This document shows positions 1-11,400 of a stretch of 64,000 nucleotides of DNA, piece by piece. The translations under genes and the position numbers were made by a program. Under the pieces are notes generated by a model. The model searched no databases, had not been told where the DNA came from, and worked only from the letters and a program-made list of their open reading frames with translations. This DNA is from a virus (taxonomy: Duplodnaviria > Caudoviricetes), in IMG/VR virus record IMGVR_UViG_3300037601_000024, positions 8,412-72,411 of that record; one strand, 5' to 3'. Numbering within the stretch: position 1 is the stretch's first letter; each line of letters begins with the position of its first letter.

Positions 1-2
1 GC

Positions 3-503
3 CGGCCACACCTCAAAAAATTTAAAGGCACGGGTTTCCAGCGGCAGGATATGCTGACGCGGGGATCCAAATCGCACGTCGGAAGTCTCTTCCGCGCCAT
101 GTGCTTTTGCGACACGCTCGGAATTCCATACGACTTTTATTGTTCGAAGGTTATGGAGCACACTGAACGGCTTGGATGGACTAATCTTCCAACGCCGAAC
201 CAAATCCAGCACACGAGCTTCATGATCCACGTGCAGCAAGAGTGGAAAGAGCGTCTGAAGCTTGGCACCCTCATTCGGACGCAAGATCCCTATTACTTTC
301 TGAACAACTATCTCGGCCACGCCTGGCAGGATGAGTACCAGAAGTGGTTGCTCGATCAGGCATTAGAGCGTCCGAACCCTAAGAACGCTCTTGCAAAAAT
401 CATGTTCGAAGAACCCCAGGTCAAACCGTCGTTCGCGGCGAAGTTTGTCGATATCGAGCGCATCAAACAAGCACGAAAGGTTGCAACAATTCCCACCGGC
501 TAA
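3..503 (+). CDS. Conserved phage hypothetical protein, 5'-truncated by the window edge
   Basis: Frame is open from position 3 to the stop at 503; directly upstream of the helicase. Confidence 0.7.
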   Translation, partial: RPHLKKFKGTGFQRQDMLTRGSKSHVGSLFRAMCFCDTLGIPYDFYCSKVMEHTERLGWTNLPTPNQIQHTSFMIHVQQEWKERLKLGTLIRTQDPYYFLNNYLGHAWQDEYQKWLLDQALERPNPKNALAKIMFEEPQVKPSFAAKFVDIERIKQARKVATIPTG

Positions 504-569
504 TTGTAATTAATTCTTGATAATCCAGCGCATTTCAATTATCAACATTAGCTGACAATACGGTGAAAT

Positions 570-1886
570 ATGACAGCAACCTACGAATTCGACGCCACGT
601 TCCAACAGAAAGTTGTGGCTATGCTCCTACGCGACGAAGTGTTTGTCGCGCGCACAGAGGGGATCATCTTCCCCGAATATTTTGACTCTGAAGCTCATTC
701 CTGGCTGGCCGACCTCGTCGATCGCCACTTCCGCAAGTATCGACAAATCCCTTCCGGCGCCGTCGTCACGAATGAAGTCCGCAAAGGTAAGGCTTCCGGA
801 CTTCTGAAGCCGGAGTTCGTGGACGACCTCAAGGAAGTTCTCAAATACGCTTACGCGAAGCCAGACCTCTCTAACCGCGACTATACGGTTGAAGCGGTGG
901 CCGGTTTCGCTCGTGAGCGCGCCATCGAAGAAGGTCTGTTGCGATCAGCCGACATCATCGAAAAGAAAGGCGACTTCGAAGATATCCGGAAGATCATGGG
1001 CGAAGCGCTCGACGTTGGCTCCAATGATGGAGTGGAAGCGTTTGACGCGTCTGAGAACATTGCAGACCGCGCGGACCTTCGTGCCGCTAAACTCTCATCC
1101 ACAAGTCTCGGATCAGGCATCACGACCGGATGGAAAGACCTCGACAACGCCATGTATCATAAAGGGTGGGGTCGAAAGGAACTCGCCTGCATTATGGGCG
1201 GCGCGAAGTCTGGTAAGTCGATCGCCTTGCAATACTTCGCGGTCAAAGCGGCCGAAGCAGGCTACAATGTCCTGTTTGTGTCGTGTGAGAACTCCGCCGA
1301 GATCACACTCGACCGGATGGATGCCAATATCAGTGACACTCGCATGGATGAACTGGCAACCAGTCCTGCGCGGGTGAAAGCTAAGGTCACGGACTTCTTT
1401 AAGAAATCTGGCATTCTGAAGGTACACGCATTTCCTAACGGTGTTGCGAAATGCTCGGACCTGCGCCGCCTTATCCGCAAGTATCAAAGCCAATCGGTGC
1501 TGTTCGATTTTCTCGTTGTAGACTACGCTGACGAGATGGCGCCGGAATTTCGCGAGAGCGAAGAGCGCTTCAATCTTCGCCAGATTTACCAAGGATTACG
1601 CCGCATCTGCGTCGAAGAAAACCTCGCCGGCTTAACCGCGACACAAACCAACCGTGCCGGCGGTAAAGCGAACGTGGCTACGAAGCATGACGTCGCTGAA
1701 GATATCAACAAAACCCGCCTGGTAGACCTGCTTATCTCGATCAACGCTGACGCCGATGAGAAAGCGCGTGGAGAGGTTCGGTTGTGGTTTGCGGCATCTC
1801 GTAACTCAGAAGACGAATGCGGCTTCCAGGCTAAGTGTAATCGCAGCACCATGCGCTTTGTCACAAAGATCATCGACAAGTTCTGA
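570..1886 (+). CDS. dnaB: Replicative DnaB-like (SF4) helicase
   Basis: Walker A GGAKSGKS, Walker B LVVDYAD, TATQTNR motif, A.DINK motif; 438 aa. Confidence 0.92.
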   Translation: MTATYEFDATFQQKVVAMLLRDEVFVARTEGIIFPEYFDSEAHSWLADLVDRHFRKYRQIPSGAVVTNEVRKGKASGLLKPEFVDDLKEVLKYAYAKPDLSNRDYTVEAVAGFARERAIEEGLLRSADIIEKKGDFEDIRKIMGEALDVGSNDGVEAFDASENIADRADLRAAKLSSTSLGSGITTGWKDLDNAMYHKGWGRKELACIMGGAKSGKSIALQYFAVKAAEAGYNVLFVSCENSAEITLDRMDANISDTRMDELATSPARVKAKVTDFFKKSGILKVHAFPNGVAKCSDLRRLIRKYQSQSVLFDFLVVDYADEMAPEFRESEERFNLRQIYQGLRRICVEENLAGLTATQTNRAGGKANVATKHDVAEDINKTRLVDLLISINADADEKARGEVRLWFAASRNSEDECGFQAKCNRSTMRFVTKIIDKF

Positions 1887-2959
1887 TGGCTAAGCTCGAC
1901 GATATCGAAGTCGCGGACATTCTCGATTATGAGGGGATCGAATATCGCGAGACATCAGGGAGCTCCGGTGAGCAGCTAAACCTTCGCGAATGTCCCACAT
2001 GCGGCAACGCCAAGTACAAAGTCTACCTGAACGCTGAGACAGGCTTCGGAAACTGCTTTGTATGTGACACCAAGTTCAACCGCTGGACATTCCTGGCAGA
2101 TTATCTTGGCACTCGAGATCGAAAAGCTATCCGCGACTTCATTTCCAAAATGTCGCGGGATCTCGGCTATCGTCCTAAGAAGAAGATGAAAGTTCTGGCC
2201 GAGACAGACGATCTCCAAGCCAAGCTTCCGCAAAGCATTCCTCTCCCCGATAGGAAAGGCAGGAACTCGCCTTATCTAGAAGAGCGCGGAATTACGGGTG
2301 AATACGCCAAGCGCTTCAACCTACGGCTCTGCCAGTATGGTGCGCACACCTACATCAAAGATGGCAAAGAGATCGACCAACGATTCGACGACCGAATCAT
2401 CATCCCGGTTTTCGACCTCTATGGCGACCTGGTAACCTTCCAGGGTAGGGATATTAGTGGAAAATCTGATCGCAAATATCTGTTCCCGGCTCGCCTGCCG
2501 GCCACCGCTAGATACCTTTATAATGGTCACGAAGCGCTCGCTCTGCGAGCCACCGAAGTGATTCTATGTGAAGGTGCCTTTGACGTTATACCTGTAGCGA
2601 AGGCATGTGATCTCTACCCAGAGATGCACAAAGTTGTTCCGGTCGGTTCATTCGGTAAAGATTTGACCGATACGAAATCCGGTCCTGGCCAAGTCGATGC
2701 GCTACGGACGCTTAAACAGAAGGGCGCGTTGAAAGCAGTCACCATCATGTGGGATGGAGAACAGTCTGCATTACTGGCAGCATTGGATGCAGCCACGAAA
2801 ATAAAAGGGATCGGGTTGAATGCAAAGATCGCGCTTCTCCCACAAGGTTGCGATCCAAACGAAGTAACTGTCACTCAAATCAGAGACAGTTACTTTAAAG
2901 CGCACAACTACTCTCGCCTGTTAGGTGTGAGATGGCGGACACACAACCCGTACAAATGA
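1886..2959 (+). CDS. DNA primase (Zn finger + TOPRIM)
   Basis: CPTC...CFVC zinc finger, YLEERGI, FQGR, TOPRIM CEGAFD and WDGE/DPNE; TGATG overlap with helicase. Confidence 0.9.
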   Translation: MAKLDDIEVADILDYEGIEYRETSGSSGEQLNLRECPTCGNAKYKVYLNAETGFGNCFVCDTKFNRWTFLADYLGTRDRKAIRDFISKMSRDLGYRPKKKMKVLAETDDLQAKLPQSIPLPDRKGRNSPYLEERGITGEYAKRFNLRLCQYGAHTYIKDGKEIDQRFDDRIIIPVFDLYGDLVTFQGRDISGKSDRKYLFPARLPATARYLYNGHEALALRATEVILCEGAFDVIPVAKACDLYPEMHKVVPVGSFGKDLTDTKSGPGQVDALRTLKQKGALKAVTIMWDGEQSALLAALDAATKIKGIGLNAKIALLPQGCDPNEVTVTQIRDSYFKAHNYSRLLGVRWRTHNPYK

Positions 2960-3013
2960 TCTTGATTGTCACTCATCTTTGAGTATAGTCGCACTCGCAA
3001 GACGGAGTTGACA

Positions 3014-3481
3014 ATGATCCATGTGATTCGCCAAAAGCAAATCATTACACCGAATCGGTTGATGGAATTGATCGTGTTTGAAGACAAAGACGAACAATTA
3101 TTGGCGGCATACATGAAAGTTGGCCTGGCCAGACAACCGGTTAAGCTCCTGATGGGGAAAGACTATCGCGACTTCAAACGAGAGGATCGCGCCTTAGCTA
3201 ACTGGAAGAAACGAGCCATATGGTTGCCTGGTAAAAAGATCAAAATCGAATCTACTTTAGCTGCAATTACAGCAGGTTATGATAATGACGACGAAAGTCT
3301 CGATCAGATGGCTGCTGAGTTTTCTGTCAAAGCGATCAAGGGATTAGCGTTCGTCCGGAAACAGGTTGAGACGCGTCCTCTCGCCGCCGCGAAAGCGGAA
3401 GTAGCGAGAGCCAAATATTTGGAAGTTAAAGAAGAACGAGAGCAATACTATGACGGCGTAGAAGGGTCTGGCCTGTTTTAG
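3014..3481 (+). CDS. Hypothetical protein with C-terminal ER..Y......GxF tag
   Basis: GGAG RBS before ATG 3014; ends EREQYYDGVEGSGLF*. Confidence 0.75.
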   Translation: MIHVIRQKQIITPNRLMELIVFEDKDEQLLAAYMKVGLARQPVKLLMGKDYRDFKREDRALANWKKRAIWLPGKKIKIESTLAAITAGYDNDDESLDQMAAEFSVKAIKGLAFVRKQVETRPLAAAKAEVARAKYLEVKEEREQYYDGVEGSGLF

Positions 3482-3625
3482 AATATTCACGAAAATCTAT
3501 GTTATGTGGCAAACTATCGATCGCGGTAATGGTTTATTTACTTTCCGCGACCGATTGTATATCAGTGTTGACATTCAATCCAATTCCGGATTGATGTAAA
3601 CAAGTTAGCACAAGGAGGGCGTCGC

Positions 3626-4057
3626 ATGCCACGTGGTGTCGCAGGAAGACCACAGCAATCTATCAAGACGGGTGAAACATTCGCGCTCGCGGAGTGGTTC
3701 AACAAGAACGTTGATTTTCTTACTGAACTGACGAACGAAGAACTCGCAGAACAGCTCGGCTATACACGGCCGAATATCATCAGCATGTGGCGCACGGGAC
3801 GCACCCGCATTCCGCTCGATCGGCTGACGAAGCTCTCAGAACTTTTGAAGGTGGATCTTTCCTTCCTTCTGCCGCTATGGGTGGAACAATACGGCGGTGC
3901 TGAAGCCTACACAGGTGTCATGAAGATACTCCAATCATCGGTCTCAGAAAGCGAGGCTAAATTGGTTGCAGCGGCACGTGAGCACACAAAGGGACGCGAC
4001 TTCAAATTAAAGGCTGGTGCTGCCAAGCAGCTTGCCGACCTAATTACGCTGAGCTAA
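3626..4057 (+). CDS. XRE/Cro-C1-type HTH transcriptional regulator (candidate repressor)
   Basis: LTNEELAEQLGYTRPNIISMWRTGRTRIPLDRL HTH; AGGAGG RBS. Confidence 0.88.
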   Translation: MPRGVAGRPQQSIKTGETFALAEWFNKNVDFLTELTNEELAEQLGYTRPNIISMWRTGRTRIPLDRLTKLSELLKVDLSFLLPLWVEQYGGAEAYTGVMKILQSSVSESEAKLVAAAREHTKGRDFKLKAGAAKQLADLITLS

Positions 4058-4130
4058 TTGTAAGTCCCACTTGATAATCTCCGGTTGTCGTGCTTAATTG
4101 TAAGCACACGGTGACAATTCGGAGGCAAGT

Positions 4131-6464
4131 ATGACTAAGAGACAATTCTCAGCCGAACAGGCAACCCTCGCAATCGAGAAAACCGCAAAGCTGTTGGCGC
4201 AAGAGAGTGTCAGTGTAACCACACGTGGCGCTCGCGCTTTCATCGAATGGCACCCATCCGGTGACATCAAGCGGATCAACCTACCAATGGTGCCTCGCGA
4301 CGCTGACCAAGAGTTTTTGGACGCGCTGCAAGGCTTTTTGGATCATGAGGTAGGTCACGCTCTCAACACCGAGCCGCTGAAGGGTCGAGCGCTCGAAGAT
4401 TCCCACATTAAACGCCTTGGTGTGCATCCCCAGGTTATTCGTTCGATGACGAATATCATCGAAGATGTGCGCATTGAAGACGCTATGGAAGAGCAATTCC
4501 GTGGCTGTAAGCGCAACCTCGAAGCGGTTCGCAAGTTCTTCGTCGAGCGTATGCGGCGGCCGACGCTGGATAGCATCGACCCCTCCCCTGCCGGCGACGA
4601 TGAGCGTCGCGCATATATTCTCCCAATCTTCTTCCGAGCACGCGGCGGTCAGACCGCTTGTGAGCACTTCATGGATGACATGGAATTGTGGAAGTACGTC
4701 GAACCCTACGACAAATTATTTCCAGACCTGTCGGAGCGTCTTGCCGCTCTAGCGAGCACCGAAGACGCCGCAAACTTGGCGGCAGAGATCGTCGAGCGGA
4801 CGTGCGAAACCACCCCGCCGAAAGACGATGAAGCTGAGCCTGAAGATCAGCAGCAAGACGGCGAAAGCGGCGATGACCAGACTGGTGACGAACAGGGCGA
4901 AGAACGTGAGTCCGACCAGTCGGGGGACCAAGAAACAGAGGCAGATAACAATGATGATGAAGGGGGACAGGATGACGATCCCGAGCAGAACGAGGATGAA
5001 GGCTCATCCGATGGGGACCAGCCTGGCGATGACGACGAGGATGATGAGGGACAGAGCGGTGACGACGGTGACACTGACGACTCCGAAGCCGAACCTGAAC
5101 CATCTGACGACGGCGGAGATGACGGAGATAGTGGCGAAGATCAGGGGGATGATGAAGAGCAAGACGACGCCAATTCTGACGCTTCCGACGGAGACGATGA
5201 AGATGCCAGCGACAACTCTGAATCTGGCGACTCAGACGATGACGCCGGGGAGAATTCCGACAGCGCGAACGATGATAATGAGAGCGAGACAGATGGGGAA
5301 GACGACGGCTCTGAGGCAGATGATAATGACAGCGAGACGGATGGATCAGAAGACACGTCTGACGGCGCCGAAAACGCTGAGAACCAAGACCTAGACGGCG
5401 CCGACGATACTGAAGTCGATAGCAGCGAGGATCAGTCTGGCGATATCGAAGAAGTCGAGAAAATGATTATCGGCGTCGACTATGACAAGATCGAAGACTT
5501 CGACAACTGCGCCGCAGATGAGTTTGAGCGCCTGGTTGGCGATATGGACACCAGCGACCCGTATCACATCTTCTCTCGGGACCATGACTTAATCGAGCCT
5601 GCACAAGCTTACGAGGACGCTCCCGTAAAGTATTGCGAAGACCGTGTTGAGAAAACGACTGGCGTTCTTCGAAAGGAATTACAGCGCCTAATTGCTGCAC
5701 GGTCCCTCTCTCATATGGTGCCAGGCAAGCGATCGGGCCGCATTCATCCTGCGTCCCTGCACCGCCTTCGTGTCGGGGACGACCGTGTCTTTGCCAGGAA
5801 ACATGAGGTTGTGACCAAAGACACGGCCGTGTCGCTCGTGGTCGATTGCTCCGGTTCGATGCACGGCGCCAAAATCCAAGTCGCGATGGAGTCCGCATGG
5901 GCGTTCTCGGACACGCTCAGCCGATTGAACGTCGATAACGAAGTTCTCGGCTTCACGACTAACCACCCGTATTATGGAAACAGTAGAGCTAAATCTTACG
6001 ACCCCGTTGAGATCGAGCGCTATTGCCGGACGCTTGGAGTTTCATCGCATCGCGTCCGACAGGTTCCGCTCTACGTTCCCATCTTCAAAGCATTCGACGA
6101 GAACTTCGGGATCGAGCAGAAGCGCCGCATGGCCTCCTATCCTGAAAAAGGTCTGCAAGGCGCGAACGTGGACGGCGAGTCCGTTCGGATTGCTGCGCAC
6201 CGTTTGATGCAGCGCCGTGCGCAACGTCGCGTGATGATCGTCTTCTCTGACGGTATGCCAGCCAGCGATGTCGCCGGCGAATTGCTCGATGCCGATCTCA
6301 GAAAGACGGTCAAAGAGCTGGAAGCCGCGAAGATCGAAACGATCGGCATCGGTATCCAGACCAAATCGGTGAAGCAATACTACCCGAAGAGCTTTGTGAT
6401 CAAGAACTCCGAAGAGCTTGCGGGGACCACTCTTCGCGAGCTGAAGGCAATTCTCACAAACTAA
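4131..6464 (+). CDS. CobT-like VWA protein (N-terminal HExxH domain, long acidic linker, C-terminal VWA)
   Basis: HEVGH and NIIEDVRIE at the N-terminus; about 215-aa D/E/G/S-rich linker; MIDAS DCSGS...T...SDG. Confidence 0.85.
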   Translation: MTKRQFSAEQATLAIEKTAKLLAQESVSVTTRGARAFIEWHPSGDIKRINLPMVPRDADQEFLDALQGFLDHEVGHALNTEPLKGRALEDSHIKRLGVHPQVIRSMTNIIEDVRIEDAMEEQFRGCKRNLEAVRKFFVERMRRPTLDSIDPSPAGDDERRAYILPIFFRARGGQTACEHFMDDMELWKYVEPYDKLFPDLSERLAALASTEDAANLAAEIVERTCETTPPKDDEAEPEDQQQDGESGDDQTGDEQGEERESDQSGDQETEADNNDDEGGQDDDPEQNEDEGSSDGDQPGDDDEDDEGQSGDDGDTDDSEAEPEPSDDGGDDGDSGEDQGDDEEQDDANSDASDGDDEDASDNSESGDSDDDAGENSDSANDDNESETDGEDDGSEADDNDSETDGSEDTSDGAENAENQDLDGADDTEVDSSEDQSGDIEEVEKMIIGVDYDKIEDFDNCAADEFERLVGDMDTSDPYHIFSRDHDLIEPAQAYEDAPVKYCEDRVEKTTGVLRKELQRLIAARSLSHMVPGKRSGRIHPASLHRLRVGDDRVFARKHEVVTKDTAVSLVVDCSGSMHGAKIQVAMESAWAFSDTLSRLNVDNEVLGFTTNHPYYGNSRAKSYDPVEIERYCRTLGVSSHRVRQVPLYVPIFKAFDENFGIEQKRRMASYPEKGLQGANVDGESVRIAAHRLMQRRAQRRVMIVFSDGMPASDVAGELLDADLRKTVKELEAAKIETIGIGIQTKSVKQYYPKSFVIKNSEELAGTTLRELKAILTN

Positions 6465-6559
6465 TTGGCAATCATCTTTGACTATTTACAAGTCATCCGC
6501 ATATGGTATGAATTGTCAGTCAGCAATGACAATACACGGAACAAACGGAGGCATAAGCA

Positions 6560-7732
6560 ATGAGTTCTAACATCACAACACCGGATCAAGGCGTGCTGGT
6601 TCACGGTTTCGACGTCTACGTCCATTCTGTGCCGCGATATCTCGAAGACACCGACGTCACATTGGCGGAATATCAGGAAGCATACGGTTCCGACACGCCT
6701 TTGTTTTCGGAGCGCTTCAAAGCGGCGAAGGCCAAGCGCGAGGATGATCTGAAATCAGATATGACGGCAAAGGTTCACACCATGCCAGGCGCAGCTTCCA
6801 AGCAACCATTCGCCAAGCTGTTTGATCTTGGAAATGCCAAAGCAGCGAAGAACGCTCGCGGCAAAGACATCATGTGTTCAGTCGTCGCACCGCCGACCAA
6901 TTACGAAGGGTGGGTTCCAGATGTGGATCCCAATTACGTCTATCATATCGACAACCTGAAAGCGGTTATGATGGCCGCTGAGCTTGGTATGACCATGCTG
7001 CTCTGGGGAATGCACGGTACGGGTAAAACAACGCTCGTCGAGCAATTCTGCGCACGCACAGGGCGTCCGTGGATTCGGGTGCAGCACACCGTCTCCACAG
7101 AAGAGTCGCACATTCTGGGACAGTACGTGGTCAAAGACGGCGCAACGGTCTTTGAGCTTGGTCCCCTTGCGATCGCGATGCGTGATGGTCTGGTCTACAT
7201 GGCCGACGAATATGACTTTGCGCTACCGTCTGTGACATCGGTCTATCAGCCGGTTCTCGAAGGTAAGCCGCTGGTGATCAAAGAAGCTCCGCCAGAGCTG
7301 CGGATCATCAAACCACACCCGAACTTCCGGTTCTTCGCAACCGGTAACACGAACGGCGCCGGAGATGAGACTGGTCTTTATTCCGGTACTCAGATCATGA
7401 ACGCCGCGAACTATTCGCGCTTCGGTATCACCATCGAAGTGACGTACATGCCGGCCGCTCAAGAGGTCGCAGTGGTCGCGGGTCAGGCGAAGATCCACAA
7501 GGATGACGCCGACCGCCTGGTGAAAGTCGCTAATGAAGTCCGTCGAGGCTTTGAGCGCGGTGACATGTCCGCGACGATCTCGCCTCGTGAACTCATCAAT
7601 GCAGGGATGCTTGCACGTGTCATGGGCGTCGAACCTGACCTCACTAAGGGTTTGGAGCTTGCGTACTGCAACCGCCTGGACTCGACCGACAAGAAGGCGG
7701 TGCTCGACTTCGCGCAACGCCACTTCGGTTAA
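6560..7732 (+). CDS. CobS-like / MoxR-type AAA+ ATPase
   Basis: Walker A GMHGTGKT, Walker B YMADEYD, ATGNTNG, SRF, SPRELI; follows the VWA gene. Confidence 0.9.
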   Translation: MSSNITTPDQGVLVHGFDVYVHSVPRYLEDTDVTLAEYQEAYGSDTPLFSERFKAAKAKREDDLKSDMTAKVHTMPGAASKQPFAKLFDLGNAKAAKNARGKDIMCSVVAPPTNYEGWVPDVDPNYVYHIDNLKAVMMAAELGMTMLLWGMHGTGKTTLVEQFCARTGRPWIRVQHTVSTEESHILGQYVVKDGATVFELGPLAIAMRDGLVYMADEYDFALPSVTSVYQPVLEGKPLVIKEAPPELRIIKPHPNFRFFATGNTNGAGDETGLYSGTQIMNAANYSRFGITIEVTYMPAAQEVAVVAGQAKIHKDDADRLVKVANEVRRGFERGDMSATISPRELINAGMLARVMGVEPDLTKGLELAYCNRLDSTDKKAVLDFAQRHFG

Positions 7733-7832
7733 TCGAACACCCGCTTTGAGCTTATGCGCGGTGAAAAGCTCAAAGCGGGTGACCTCCTCCGTGTAGCGGT
7801 GTCCGCGCCACCGCTTCAGAAGGGATTAGAAC

Positions 7833-8417
7833 ATGATCAAGATGGGGTGCTTTGGTTCAGTGGTCGCGTTCTCGCCAAAAACGAAGACCTGCCAGGATTG
7901 TCCGGTGAACAAGCAATGCGCAGCCGAAGTGTTCAGTAAAGAGGAAACCACCTTGCAGGCTATCGAACGAAAAGAGACTGAGCGCGACACAGAAGACGCG
8001 ACCCTTTTCAGCAAGAAACACCACAAGATCGAAGACCTTCCGAATGCCGCTTACCACAAGGTGAAGCGATTTTTCGCCACCAGGCGCCGGTACTTCACCG
8101 CGAAAGCGACAGGTAAGCCGATTGGACGCGCTGCTAAAGATTACGAGGCGATGATGAAGAACGGAATCGACTTCACGATGATGCGGATGCGCCTCAACCC
8201 GTTCAAGGAAGGCGGACACTATCCGCACATGCGCAAGATCGTCGGCATCATTTTCGATCTCGAATATTTCAAAACCAAAGACGTCGCCGAAGAGCTGAAG
8301 AAGCAAGGCTACAATTCACACAAATCGACAAGCTCAACGCTGGCCAGCCGAGGTATCAAAGTCTTGGAAATGGCCGGCGTAATTAAGAACGATGGAGGCA
8401 CATATTGTCTGTCATAA
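7833..8417 (+). CDS. Hypothetical protein, N-terminal Cys cluster and possible C-terminal winged helix
   Basis: GCFG...CQDC...C; basic C-terminal region. Confidence 0.7.
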   Translation: MIKMGCFGSVVAFSPKTKTCQDCPVNKQCAAEVFSKEETTLQAIERKETERDTEDATLFSKKHHKIEDLPNAAYHKVKRFFATRRRYFTAKATGKPIGRAAKDYEAMMKNGIDFTMMRMRLNPFKEGGHYPHMRKIVGIIFDLEYFKTKDVAEELKKQGYNSHKSTSSTLASRGIKVLEMAGVIKNDGGTYCLS

Positions 8418-11400
8418 TGACCATGCTGGGAGTTCGATCTCACTTTTCACTCGGTGAGAGCACTCTCAAACCCGAAGACATCAAGCGTATCGCCAAAGAG
8501 GCAGAGCAATCGAAGGTTGTCATCTGTGACACGATGACGATCAACGCCTTGATTGAGACCTCGAAGCTCGCCGACGACACGTTTGATCCGCGCTTTGGGG
8601 TCGCCTTGCGTGTGGTCGATGATATCACCATACGCGATAAGAAGACGCGCCAGAGCATCTATTTCCCCAAAGTGTACCCTCGCAACTGGGAAGCCGTTCA
8701 AGCGCTCTTCCGCGCTGTCTCTGAGGCGCACAGAGGTGATAACTTCTACATGGTGCCGCGCATGTCCTGGGAGATGTTCTTCCGGATGCTCGAACAGGGT
8801 GACTTCACTGTCACGTCCGGTGACTTCTATGGCGTTCTGGAGCGCAAAGATGCGGTCGCAAAGTGTGAAGCCATTCGGAGTAGCGCTCGCGACTTCTACG
8901 TGGAGCTGACGCCGGTTCCGACTGGATATCACGACCGCGTCAATCAGATCGCCGCGTTTCTGGTGAAGCACGGTGACTTTAAGCCGCTCCTGTCATGGCC
9001 AACCATGTACGACAAAGATGGCCACCAATCGTTCGTGATCAATCGCGGCATCCAGAAGCGTTCGAGCTACGCCAAAGAGGTTTTCCTAAACCAGCCGGTA
9101 CACGAAGCGTACCACGCACCCTCCCCTTCTGAGCTGGTCGCTTACGTCAAAAGCGCCGCTGAACGGTTGGAGAAGATCGAGCCAGGACACAAAGCCGTAT
9201 GGAAGCAAGCAATCCTGAACCAACACGAGTTCTTCGACGCCTTGGACTATAAGTGGGAGAAGCAACCAATCGCGCTTCCAAACCTCGCTGAAGATCCCGA
9301 CGAGCGCGTCAAAGAGCTTTGCGTGGCAGGTCTGAAGGAACGCATGAAGGCGCACGTGTTCGGTGAGCACATCTCTGCGGCCGATTACAAGTCAAAGTAC
9401 CTTCCGCGCCTGAAGTACGAACTTGGCATCCTGAAAGACATGGGTTTTGCCGAATACTTCCTGCTCGTGGATAACCTCGTGCGCTGGTGTAAGTCGAACG
9501 GCATTCTGGTTGGACCGGGTCGTGGATCGGTCGGCGGTTCGCTGGTCGCTTATCTGATGGGGATCACAGACGTTGACCCTATCCGTTTTGGATTGATCTT
9601 TGAGCGCTTCATCAACCCTTCCCGTAATGACCTTCCTGATATCGACTTGGACTTCATGTCCACGCGGCGCCAGGAAGTGATCGACTATCTCGTCGAAGAG
9701 TTCGGCGAAGAAAAGGTTGCCGGTATCTCTAACTACGGTGTGCTTGGCTCTGCGTCTGCGATCAAGGATGTTGGCCGTGTGTATGCGCTTGATGCCGCCA
9801 AGCTGACAGTGTCGAAGTACATCCCGAAGGTTCACGGACAGCCAGTCGATCTCGCGACGGCGGAGAAGGAAGTCGCTGAAATCTCCACGCTCGCCGATGA
9901 CCACCCTCAAATGTGGAAACACGCGGTCGGTCTCCAAGGCACAATGCGAAGCTACGGAAAACACGCCGCCGGCACGATCGTGGCAGGCTGCAACATCTCA
10001 GACCTGGCAATTGTCGAAAACCGATCCGGTGAGCGCACCATCAATTGGGACATGCGCGTTGCTGAAAGTATGGGACTGGTGAAGCTGGATATCCTTGGCC
10101 TCTCCACGCTCGATACGATCGCCAGAGCGGTCGACAACATCAAGAAACGGCACTCGAAGGACGTAGACATTCTGTCTATCCCGCTCGATGACGAAAAGAC
10201 GCTGAAGGCATTCTCAGAAGGTAGAACGATCGGCGTGTTCCAGTTCGAGGGTGGTGCTGCTCGCCGCATCCTCAAAGACATGTCTAAGGTCAACACCGTT
10301 GTCTTCAATGATATTGTCGCAGCGAACGCGCTCAACCGTCCCGGTCCTATCGACGCCGGTCTGGTTGAAAAGTACGTGGACGCCAAGAACGAGGAAGTCG
10401 AGAACGAGCTGCCTCACCCGAACATGGCTGACGCGTTGGACGAAACATACAACGTCATCGTCTATCAGGAACAGGTAATGCAGGTGGCTGTGGACTTGTG
10501 CGGCTTCTCACTCTCCGAAGCTGACACGCTCCGGAAAGCTATGGGTAAGAAAGACAAGAAACTCATGGCGAAGCTGAAGGACCAGTTCATCGACGGGGCG
10601 GAAAGCCACTCCGGAATGGATCGTGACCTCGCCGAAGACTTGTTCGATCAGATCGAAGTGTTCGCCGGATACGCGTTCAACAAATCTCACGCCGCAGAAT
10701 ACTCGCTGATCTCCTACCAGTGCATGTGGCTGAAGGTCCACTATCCGGTCGAGTTCTACGCCGCAGCGCTGTCCACGGTGAAGGAAGACAAGCTGAAGCC
10801 GATCTTGAAGGATGCGCTTGAAGCGGGGATCGAAGTTCTGCCGCCGGATATCAATCTCTCAGAGCGCGATTTTGTGATCGCGAACGATAAGACACTCATA
10901 ACACCGCTTTCACGCGTCAAGCGCGCTGCTGGACGCGCTCCAGAGGTAATCATGAGCATTCGCGCAGAAGGAAAGATTCTGAGCACTGACGACCTCAAGA
11001 AACGTCTTACAGAGAAGAAGCTGGGACGTTGGTGTAACAAGTCGGTCATCGCGAACCTAGACGCCGTTGGTGCGTTCGCACACGTCGAGCCGGGTCAGAA
11101 ACCGCCGCTCGATGACAGCCGGATCAAAGACCAACTCACTCTGATGCCTGGTCTGGTCACCCGCGTCCTGCGCGTCGATGAAAAGATCCCGCAGGACAAG
11201 CACACGAAGGCGCGCATCATCGGTTTGGTGAAGAATTACTCAGAAGCCGACGAACATGCCGTCCACTGCTCACCAGGTATCGGCAAAAGAGCTGCATTTA
11301 TGGCAGTCGCCGATTGTCCCAATCATTCTGAAGAGAATGAGAAGATGTTCGCCAAAGGTCGATCATTCGATTACTGCCGAGAAGCTTTGGCCGGCGCCGG

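Noticed and set aside
4131-7732. Cobalamin biosynthesis (cobST) auxiliary genes
   Set aside because: No cobN or other cob genes; architecture and context fit the phage AAA+/VWA type.
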